From Catajapyx aquilonaris (lineage: Eukaryota): 38,232 nucleotides of DNA. The notes below the pieces were generated by a model. That model ran no database searches. It saw nothing but the letters and a program-made list of their open reading frames with translations, and was not told the DNA's origin. Made by a program: the position numbers and the translations under genes. Below are positions 19,201-31,200 of the stretch, piece after piece; the stretch's first letter is position 1; each line of letters starts with the position of its first letter. The stretch lies in assembly GCA_000934665.2 (NCBI GenBank), contig KZ538968.1:1-38232 (forward strand), written 5' to 3'.

Positions 19201-22200
19201 ACGCTTCCATGGAGCATCGGACGACTCCTGATCGACATTCGCATGACCTGCACTCGTCCAGTCGCCATGTGTCACCATCCTGCCTAGGAAACACCAACGA
19301 ACCAAAATAAATATCCCGGAAGTCCTTGGCGGTTTACGGTGCTCGAAAGCATCATTATCTCCTAAAGCCCATGCATGATCCGATTAAGGCATGGGCAACA
19401 TGCTATATTAATTTTGGCCAAAGGAGCCCGACGGGCTACGATGTTAAAGGCGCGTTTGAATAATTCAGAGATGTAAACGTTAGAGGGGGAAAAGCGAAAC
19501 AGGGCTGGTTTATGGTTCGGAACACATTCTGCGACAGGAAACGAAGTGCTTGCACCATCGGTCAGGGCAAGCGTGATACAGGCTGCCAAGTTATCTTCGC
19601 CTTAAGCAAAAGTCGTGTAATGACATTATTCTAGCGGAATATTACGGAGCATGACAAAACCGCCGGCAAAAATGAATATTGCGTAAGGCTGGAACCGTTC
19701 CAGTAGGCTGCTGCCTTCATGGCCTGGGGCAATATTTATGAGGCATAGCCATGGTTCAATTTCTGGGTTCCGAGGCGGTACGGGTTGAATATGTGACAGT
19801 TCAAGGTGCTGTAGATTTAAGATTTGTGTAACGTTGCTCGTCATAACATTGGACAGAATGTGGGGCATACGACAAAAGGGTAACTGGCCTCGTAAACGGT
19901 GCCCTGGTATGAGCAGTGTGGCGGATGCTGTCTCTTCTGCGAGGGTTCCAGCAGCTGTGTCTGCTGTCTGCATCTGGGGCAGCACTGCTGGAGGGGGTCA
20001 CGCTCATGGGCCTCGGGTAGGCAGTCCAACACGGGGCAGGTGTGCCTCAGGCAGGACACCGTCGACGGCCCCTGGTCCTGAAACTGCTGACAGACGCAGC
20101 TGGTGCAGTTGTCCACCCACTCGGCCACCCCTGCCTTCAGCACCCTCTTGCCCAGGATGCAATGACCCGGTGGCTCCATCACTGACCTCGAACCTGTGCA
20201 AATTACACCAGGTTTGAAATTCGAGGCCTCTGACAACACTTTCGTCGAATCGTAAGCCTACTTAGGTCTGTGGAAAATACGACTTGGGTGCAGTTGGAGA
20301 GGCATGTAAAGGGTTGTTGAGTGGAGAAGGAATGCTGAGAAGTAGCAACATCATCCTTTCAAGTTTGAAGAGACAAGCAAAAAAAAAAAGTTGCCAGGTG
20401 GAGAGGCAAAGGACGGTCGTGGACCCATCTTTACTTTCACTTGGCCTCTGTGTGTCAGCTCACCCCGGAGGCAACCATATTATGGCACAGGCAGCCAAGC
20501 AAGCACCCACCTTTTGTCATATGGCAGGAAGCGTGATTGCAATCGCAGCGATAAAAACGGATAAATAATTAACATATGGATTTACCGTTGCACTCTGGAC
20601 AGCAGGCTCCTTTCCGATGCACCGTGTAGGACGGAGGGCAAGTGAGCACGGGGCAGGCCCTTTTGGAGCAGGTCAGCAGGCCGCCTTTACAAAGGCAGCG
20701 AACGCATGGATCTTCTGAGAGGGTGGCCTCTTGACCTTCCTTGTACTTATGACCGTTGAATTTGCACACTGAAATCATTCCTATGAATTATTAATGATCT
20801 GGCATCATCTGATGTCTGCTAGACTCTCACAAAAAAAATATGAATAAGAGACCGGTGAGCGACCCCGACTCCTCCTCCATCACGGTTGGTATATCCTACC
20901 TTTGCACGAAGGGCAGCACTCTCCCTTTCTGGGCGGAATGGGCATTGAGCAGGGTGTGTAACATTGCATCTGGCTACTCGTCACCACTCCTGCTTTGCAG
21001 CTCAGAACATTACAATTGTCATCTTCGTCCATCCATTCCGTGTCGCTGGCGTGCAACACTCCTTTATGAACACAACCTGTAATAATCATCATAGTCATCA
21101 TCATGAAAAGTTGTCGACCGGCCTTGGTACTTGTCGCTCTTTTTAATCTACGAGTACAGATTCCCGCAGCAAATTGTATCCTGATCAAATGTCATGGGGG
21201 TTAGTTAATTATACAAACCTTTGCACACATCGCAGCATCTGTCCTTCCCTGCAGGGGTTACCACTGGGCATCCTTCCAAAAGAGGACACTTTTGCTTGTC
21301 GCACCTGACGATCCCCCTCTGAGGGCATTAAAAAAATACAAATAAAATGTCGTGTGCAAATAGGACAACTCTCAATTGTTCTTTAGGCCAATTCTTATGA
21401 TAATGAAGGTGTAAGGTAGAAGCTAGATAATAGGATAAAGGACGACAAAAACGGACAGGGCGGGGCTTTGAAATACTGTGTTATCCTAATGAACCAGGCA
21501 GACCACTATCCTTTTTGCTCTTTTTTGCCAACCAGCTGCCTGACACTGACGTACACAAGACGCTAGATACATGTTAAAGTAAGACGAAGATATCAGTCCA
21601 CTAATGTATGGTAAACAGTGCTTTGTGTGTCCTTACAGAATATGACACTACCTCATAAGTAAAAGGACATGAAACATTTTTCGTGGGTTCTGAATATAGG
21701 GCGAGGTCATCTTTATCATGATCATCATCGGTTGCGTAGAAACCTGTCATGCTTTTCACCTTCTCATGCAGGAGCCATCAACCCCTCAACTACTTTGCTT
21801 CCAGCCCCACAATATATTCATCCTACCTCAGGCGAAAAGCAGTCATTGGACCAAACTTGCGACCTACATTCCGCAGAAGTGATTTATGCCCGACCTTCCT
21901 TCGCTAATATAAAACTGAAATAAGACAAACGAAAAATGCTGACATAATCTTCAATACTACTTTGAAGAAATCTGACCAAATTCTTTGCTCAAGTTTGGCA
22001 GCTCCATTTCTAGTTTGAAAAGGTCCTTCAGCTTCTATATGACGCACAGAATTATAGAGGCAATGTCTGATTGGACCAGAGCCTGCATATCTCAGCCATC
22101 AATGTGGCGCTTGCTAATTGCACTGCATTACGGCATTTCTATTTCAAAAAAAGCACTTTGCATAATCGTGGATCACGGTCTAATCAATAAATTCCGCCTG

Positions 22201-25200
22201 TGAAGGAGGAAGGTTAGTTGTTGGGCCACAAAGAGGTCAAAAGAGGAAAAGAAGCTATTTGTGGGCGTCTCTCCGGTGCCATCTCGTCATCTCAAGTGCT
22301 TGCTCTCCACTGAGTAATTCCAGGGGTTGAAGGCCTGCAGGAACGCAAACAAGCTCATCTGGGTCATTCCATTTCACTCATTTTCGGTAATAAATGCCTG
22401 TTTAGAATTCCCTTAGCAGATGAATTGCCCGGAGCAAGAAAAAAAAGTATTGCGCACTAGAAAAATACACCATTATTTTGAAAAAGACGTGTGATTTCAC
22501 TGCAGGTTATGTCAATTCAACTCAATTCGCTAGTAATAGTGTATTGCAGGACGACTCTCAAAAAAATCTTTCGGCGTTCTCTACTGCCAGTGTGGTGTAC
22601 CGTGTACCCAAAATGCCACAAAAAATCACTCATTAGACGCGGGCTTGTCTATTAACAAGTATTTCATCCACGCCGTTGGCGGTCTCCCTTTGTTTCAACC
22701 AAGGATTATTCCTGGGTGGTCAAAAGGTCAAGTTCACCGCCGTCCTTTCCTGTGACCAACCGTAAGATTTTGACAAGAACGTTTATTCTTAGTAATAAAA
22801 ATGGCTTGAGGCATCCCTCTGCTGCGTTTCCAGATCTTCTGTCAAAGGTGAAATATGGACGGGGTATGGTCTGAGGTGTACGATGGGAGTTGGGAGAGGC
22901 AGAATATATGTATTCTTAGCTGAGAATAATGGAAGGCTTCGGCAGGGGCCACGCAGTCTCCTGCTGGCGAGCCGGGATCCATGCCAGCGAAAATAAACAA
23001 TGGGCCTGATCCAACTCGGCCCCTTTTCCTACTTACTTTACTTAGACCACCCACCCCTTCGGCAGAGAGGACCACTCAAAAAAAAAGGTTAATTTTTCAC
23101 ATTTTTATTTTTTCCCAGTCGCTTGTATCTCATTACTGTCATTTTTTTCAGGGGGCCATCTACTTTGAAAAACAATCCAGGACCCTCCCTCGTAAACAAA
23201 AAACATTTTGTCGTCAGGTCATAGTATTTAGCAATGGGGTTGCTTTATAATTAAGTTGGAATAAGTCACCAGCCAATTCGTGTAGGTATCTCAGGTGTTC
23301 TAACTAATTGCATAACTTATAATACGCTTACAAGTTCAGGATTAGCGATTTAACACGTGATATAACGCACCAATAGACAACTTCATTTTGCAAAGTGTAT
23401 TGGAAAACACCAGCATCAGATTTAAGTCCATGCGTCATTCGAAACCTCATTTTTGCTAAGCAGCATTAAGGTATACTAATGACCTATCAGTCAGGATGGA
23501 CGGGTCATCAACCCCACACTTTTACCAAGGGACCTTAGGCTCGTTAGGCAGCTGGAAGTGTTCATTTATGCACGCCTTCTTTCCGCTTTCAGGGCATTTT
23601 CTTGCTTCTGGAAACCGCTTATTGAAAAAAAAATCTCACTTGCATATTTGAATGTGATATTTTCCTAACCAAAGTGTGGTACAAAATTGCAATTAAAATA
23701 AAACCTGGTTAAGACAAAATTGTCATTATGACCCGTGTTATTTAAAAAAATATTAGTCTTAAAGGAAGTTGCGCAGTATTACGAAACTCAGGACAGAAGA
23801 GATACCGCAGCAGATGGTCATTAACAACTTTTGCATCCGCCGCTCTGTGATATCCCCTTCCCTTCCAAAAAATGCCTTCGAAAAACAACTTGGCCCCTAC
23901 CCAAGATAAATTTCGGTCTTTTTACCCCCCATGACGTCACCGGTTCCAAAACCGAATGAGTTTGTAAACATATTGGACCCCCCCCCCCCCTTCTCTTAGA
24001 GGACACTTATTGGCGCCACATGTGAACGTTAAAATATTCCGCCAATAACTGCAGGCCCCTTTTCCGCACTTTATGCCCCACTTCTCTCAAGGATCAAGTA
24101 AATAGATTCTAGGGAGGTCCCCTTAAACCCACATATACAATTGTGGAGTACGAAACAGGTGAGTGTTGGCAAAGGATCTGCGCAACACGTGTTTGCTAGT
24201 GCCTGGCTGTTGTGATTTATTTCCGTGAAGTGAGCAAGCCCAAGGATCATCGGCCTCTGCCCCTCTTTGCCAGCAGCCAAGCTGTTTAAAAATTAATCCT
24301 TCCTAGCCTCTCTACTTGTGAAGGATAGAGAAGCACACTCTGGCAAGTGGATGATGAGACCGGCGGAGGACGTCGTGGCGGACTGATGTCGGGATACCCC
24401 AACTAGCCACTCGTGATAAGCTGCTATCGTTTTAGGTTAATAATCACTTTTATGCACTGACTCATCGAGTATTATGGACGACTGAAGAGTTTTGTTTTTA
24501 GACATTTGAATTCTAGGGTGCACTTAGCTGCCCGGTGAAGAGTGCTGTTGCTACGAATATAATATAAATTAACAATATAATTAAATGAGCTTGGCAGTGA
24601 ATAATATAAATTGGTCCAGCTCATGGCTGCTTTCGCAATATTTCGCAACATGCGGATAAGACAAGCAGGTAAGTTCACAGATTGGAGAGAATCCATCAAC
24701 ATTCCTGAAATTTCCAGAGCTGTCTGACTCGTCTCGGTTGAGTTGGCAATGCAGTGTGTGTGTGTGAGCGCACACATACGTGTGTGTGTGTGTTGTTAAA
24801 TGGGCAAGCCGAGCACACCTGGCCCATCCAGCAAGGGCTGCTGACCGGCATACCTCCATGTCTAGGCCGAGGCCATGGCGTACTTTTGCCTGCCTCCCTC
24901 CCTCTCCCTCCTTCCCCCATCTTCTCGGTCCACGTGATGAATTTCCAAGATAAGGCCAGCCAGACCAAGGTTTTGTTTCACTGGCCTGCGCGATTAGTTG
25001 CTACCTAGCAGGGGGGAACGGGGCTGGGGGTGGGGAGGATCTCTTACCCAACTGGAATATTAAGCAGTCCTCCCAACCACCCTCTCCCACCTTCCCCCTA
25101 CCTCTTCTTCATGATAGCTTGTTCTTCTGGTGCATGTAGCCTACACAATATTTCCGACCTTCTTGTCACGGTGCTTTTCGGTTGTCCTATCGCAATAGGA

Positions 25201-28200
25201 GGGTACAGGTACCGTTCGTTATTTTAACAAGCAGATCAAGGGCAGAATAAAAAAAAGTTCAAGACCTGAATTACTTTCATACCAGGTACTTCATGACAGT
25301 AATGTCCTTTCTACTGTTGCGGCAACACTTACTCGAGGTCGATTTTAAAATTCCAATAGAATAATAACCGCTTTAGAAAAAAATAACATCGTGTTTCCAT
25401 TTTGGTGTGTATTATACAGGACCTTCATCCTTCGAGCGGACTGCGCATGTAAATATACAGAGTCATGACAGTGCTAGTAAACCTCATGGCAAGGTCGTGT
25501 TATTGTATAATATCCTCGTATCATCTCCCAAAAAAATCTGATTGCGACTCTGTATTGTTCCAGCCTCTTGTCTACCATACTGCAACGCAATGCTGATTAA
25601 TTAACTAATAATAATTGAACACTCATAAGGTACACGCGTGTAAGTACAATTTTGCTAAAAATAGTGGTGTCTTTCGGCATCGACTCTCTCCACAATTCAA
25701 TACTTGAAAAATTCCCAATATATCTTGCTCCTGCGCATTGTAATATGCTCTTATTGCACCCGAGCAGAGTGGGAAGTGTACCATAGAAGAGGTGAAAGAA
25801 AAGGCGTGTCCGGACAAACTCGGACGGATCCATTAATCTGGACGCCAATAATTCTTTTCTCTGCCGCAACTCTAGAAGGAGAAAAAGCTTTTAACTCACC
25901 CCCCCCCCCCCNNNNNNNNNNNNNNNNNNNNNNNNNNNNNNNNNNNNNNNNNNNNNNNNNNNNNNNNNNNNNNNNNNNNNNNNNNNNNNNNNNCCCCCCC
26001 CCTCCCTCCAGCATCCCAATTGCCGGATTCGCTATGGGCACTTTTTAGTCTCCCGTTATAGTTGTCCTGATAATCATCTCGGAGCGGCTACACAACGGCT
26101 TGTCTCTACATCTTCCAATTTCAAAACAAAAACATGTGCGAAACTTGGCGGGAGATTATTTATGAGCGCGCCCACAACAAAGCGCGTTGCATGCTAGATG
26201 TGTTCATTTGTGATATTGCCTCAATTAGTCGCGTCCTCGCTTGAGGTCAAAGCTGTAGAAAGGGAGGGTATGTCATAATAATAATAAAAAAAACAAGGTT
26301 CGATTTATCTAATTAGCGTAAACAAGTGCGTGGTATTATGGAGAAATTATGCAATGAGTATGGGGGTTAATAAACAGTTATTTAATTGATGATTTAACTT
26401 TTACAATATGATGTCTTAAAGTCGTTCCGATGCAATAGATCGACATGTTTCGCGTGCTTATTTTCATGCGTGCGATAACAAACATTGACGTCAGAAAGTC
26501 ATTATACTATCAGGATCATGTCATTATTGCCTCCGGGTTATAAAAGGGCATGATAACATTACATAATGCTATTCTGCCTTAAATAGAGTTGTTGTGCTCA
26601 ACATGTTAACTTATGTGATTTAGTGAAATGTAAACAAGGTTGTAATATTGGTAGATGAATCTGAGTATTACAAATTGTTATAAGTGATTTATTATTTCCA
26701 TACAGTCGTGACAAATAATACCGCGTGGATTCATGTTATTGCAATTCGCACAAAAGTCACAGCCTTTATATATTGTTTATGTTGTTGTTCACTAGTGTAT
26801 TCAGCACGATATCGTAATACCTATAAAGACCATGTTTGAAAAGAGCGCGTGGCCATCATCCAGATGAAGAAGAGAAGGGTGGGAAGAAGGTGTCAGAAAC
26901 AAAAACACATTATCTGCTTGAGGACAGATAAATAAAGTAGAATGTGAGGAAGAAAGGAGGGAGGTTAAGGGTTGGAGAAAGTTAATAACAAGACAAATGG
27001 ACTCGTGTGCCAACCAACGTTGGTCATCCTTTCCATATATAAAAAAATAATCAGAAAGTCAAATGGAAAGAAAAAGAAGCGGCTAGCAGGGATTTAAATG
27101 GAGAGGGTCGCAAAAATAATGCATGTTGAATGGTATGAGAAGGATTGAGAGAAGAAGAAAAAAAGAGGGCGGTTGGCGGTTGAAACCCTAATGGAAGGCT
27201 GGAAGGAAAGAGATTTATGGCCTGTGCATTGGGACAAACTCAGTCCGTCTACCATTGTGATTTATTGCAACACCGCTCCCTTCCTACATTATCCCTTGCC
27301 CTATACTCCACTTCTCCCCCATCCCCCTCCTCCCACCTACTCCACCCAACTTCACATACACACTTTTTCTCAGCCTTGGATTTCTCACAGCCACTAATTA
27401 ATCCTAAGACACTTCATACTTTTTGGGGAGCGATAATTCCCCCCTATCTCCTTCTTCCCATTTCAAAATCTCCCCCTCCCCCCTCCCCAAAAACCCACCA
27501 TACTGCTTAAAGAGGATTGGCGAATGGTCTTAACCAATAACATGGAAGGCCATTAGGCGTACCAACTGGATTGCAAATTAGAGAGCAAACTTGATAGCGT
27601 CACACGAACTGAATATAATTTCTTGCGGTTGGTAGTTTGGTTCATCAAGCAGGATGGTCCTGCATGTCTTGCTCTTTGTCTATTTTTGCGACTTTTCTTC
27701 TGAAAAAATGGTACTTGGTAGGCTACTATAATGATTTTCCAAGTGTCACGCTTATTCAGAACGTAGTTATTATGTGAGTGCTATACTATTTGAGGTTTAA
27801 AATAACGTTCATATTGATTCACCGATTGAATGCAGACACAGTCACGCATATCCACAATATGTAATGTAAAAAAAAATTAGGTGCCAGTAAAATTTTCCAC
27901 TAGACATAATGAGATGGAAATTCTGGAGGTGTGAATATCCCTATCATATAGGGAATTACTTATTTATTAATAATAACTGCTACACCTTCGATAATAACTG
28001 CTTTTAGTTCATACTCAAATGTGCATTTTACAGTACAGTGTAAAATCGATATGACGCGGGCTTGCCCTAAGAAATATAATTATTTTGAAAAATAATATTT
28101 ATGTTACTCTGTTCATCCTTTGAGTTAGAACTACGGCTGATCATGGAGGCACACGGGGTTGCATAGACACCAGGATGAAAACGCCTTTAAAATGCATTGA

Positions 28201-31200
28201 AACCTGTCTAAAACCGGCTTTGTATGCAGGGAAAACGAACAGAACTTCGATTTAGTCCAGATCGACGATTTTCAGTGCCTTTCTGTAACACATTACAGAC
28301 ATTTGTTCATTAATTTTGCGAGTAGGTATGGCTATAAGTTAAGTGTTGCGGCGAGTGAGTGCATTTGCACCATTTGCACTGAACAAGACAGTGAGGTTAT
28401 GATAAGAACATTGCAAAAATGGCCTTTATAGTTATCAATTGAGTAGTTCTGGCAATTATAAACCAAAAAATATGCAGGAACAAGTAAAACGCATAAATGC
28501 TGACACTCTGTTAAAATGAACCAAAGTGGAACTGACCTTACACATACACGATATGCAAGGGTTGTCGGTGACCCCTGCAACATGAACCATTTGACCCTCG
28601 TTGTTACATCTGCTCAAGGATCCTGAAATGCATTCAAAATAATCCAAATTACAATGTGCTCAAATAAATACAACTTATATTAACCTTGATCTGTACACGT
28701 AACTTATTATCGTTCACTGCACCTAAGCCTTTATTTATCACATCAAATAGATTGAAAAAATTTTAACAACCATGCAAAGTGCACGTATGTGTTATCTACA
28801 GCCGGCGATAAAACAAAACATTGTCCGGTCAGACAAGATCGAACGATTGTCATGTATTGGTAGCACTTTCGCATTGAGACAAAGTAACAATAATTTGATA
28901 TTGGTAAGAGCCATATTATTCGGGTTGTACAGTACGTCTAAGCTTATAATATTCCGCTGGTGGAATAGCCGGTCCTTACCCTACTTCAACGCGCTCTTCC
29001 CCCCTCCCCTCCCCTTCCCACATACACACATGCCCTCACATTCCCCCACCTGGTCAAACCAGCTGCAAACCAAAGGGAAAGGGTACCTTCTTTCGCATCT
29101 TATTCCATTGAACAGGATGGATTTGTCCCCATTTTCCCTCCCAGTAGAGGTCCACGATCGACCTTTACATTCCACTTACTTTGTTCCACACGTTTGAACA
29201 TGCCCAATGCTCACATAAGACATAACAGGTGGTGATGAACAACCCCGGAATATTGCCTAATGGCTTCCAGTCTGCGCTTGCGCTGTAACATCCAACACAG
29301 CCACGTGGGTCGCATGCGCACTGCTAACTGTGAAAATGCGAGAAACCCTGCATGACCACACATCCTCAGACTCTCGATGTTTCTACCTAATGTTGCAGAT
29401 ATGTTTTCATAGAACGTAACCACCTGTCCGCCCAATCGGCCAGGCAATGGAATGCCCAGTGTGAAAGGCTTAACGGCAATTTAGTGACAGCCTGGGAACC
29501 AGTTGGGTGCGAAAAGAGCCGGAATTAGCTCTTATCTGGTCAGTTGACAATAACCGTGCTATGGGACATGAAAAGCACTTTAGTTTGATGGCCTTAGAGG
29601 CTTTTTATGCCACCGGCCGGTAGATAGGAGGTGTCCATTTCACTAACAGCTCATCGCCTTGTTCCAGGAATAACATTTTGGGCGTGGAAATTTCTAGGAT
29701 CAAGCCACATGCCCATTATTCTTTCGCGCGCCAATATGGCCATAATAATAATTAGTTGGGCGTGAATCTGGGTTGGAATAAGAGACGAACCGGAGGGGGA
29801 GGGAGGATGGAGGTAGATATGGTGGAAATGAAGACATAGTGGCCCGTCACCTGGAATTACAACCTTTCACATGTGCTCCTCCTACGTGCAAGAATGTGAG
29901 CCTCGCAAGGTCTCAGCTAGGCCTTCACCTCCACCCCGCCATCCCCGCTACCTCTTTACTTTATCACCTCCCATCCCCCCCTCCTTTTCCCCTACTCTCG
30001 GCCCTCAGACACACATGTATCTCCTCGCATACGTATGTAATGTTTTATGTGGAATGTACGGAGGTGCGAAAGTAGAGGGTGGTCCAGAGCTCACGGGCCT
30101 CCAGTGGGACTGAGGGTAAACCTAAGGAAAGTTGAATTCCAAGCATGATCGCACGAATATTTATTTCGACTGGCACTGTCACAATTGTGGAAAATTATTC
30201 ATGACATGAAGCTAAAAGTAACCATTATGGCTGATGAAGTATTTGTTCGAAACAGGGTTAGATTTTGTAATAATAAAAAATTACGCATCTCCCTGACTGT
30301 TCTGCAGCAGCAATACCAAAGGTACATAAATGGTGCAAAATAAACAATACTCACATGTAAATGGTACAGTAAAAGTGAAACACAAATTTAGTATGAAATT
30401 CCACAAAGATACATAAATAAGTATGCTGGAAAAGTCTGCATGGGTCATTCGAGTACTTTCGCTGCAGTTACACTGGATAATTTGTGGTACAGGAACCTGT
30501 AGAGGATTTTTGCTCTTGATGTTCCAAAGCCCTGGGCCCATTGAATAATAATTTATTACCTTGTTGCGTTAAGCATTTTAATGCAACAGGCACGCGCTAT
30601 TAATTTTCAAGTTACGCCAATGGCGCCATTACTGGCGCCCATCAAATCTGTAAAATTTGGAAACCAGCCCATGACCTTAGCGGCAAAAAACACCCAAGAA
30701 TGTTTGTGACATGCTTATAGGTGTCTAGTCTGCATTTCCAGAATACCAAACAAATGACACAATTGGCAACGACCAAGCAACATGTTTCACCCCGAAAAAT
30801 TAGGAAACAGACGCAAAAATAAGCAAATGAAGGAATGAAGCTTTTAAAGTGTTATATCGGTACAAATATATCATCATCTACAAATGTGATCCGTACGGCG
30901 AAATTGTCGGTAGCTGTATACATAATGTAGATAGTATTGTAATAGCCTAATCAAAAGCTCACCTATCATGTGGATATAATATGGCCATTTTTATTTATTA
31001 CAAGTATGGTACAAGGAAGGATATTAGGTTAGCACAGCGAAGTGCTGATTTGGACCAACAATTGCAAAGCACCCCAGGGAGACCCCACAAAGAGACGACA
31101 GGAGATGATACTCGCGACCAGTCATATTCTTCGAGTTCCAAGAAGCAAAACACGAGAAGCAGTAGTGTGTCGAATCCGGTTTCAAACTATGAGTCCAGGT

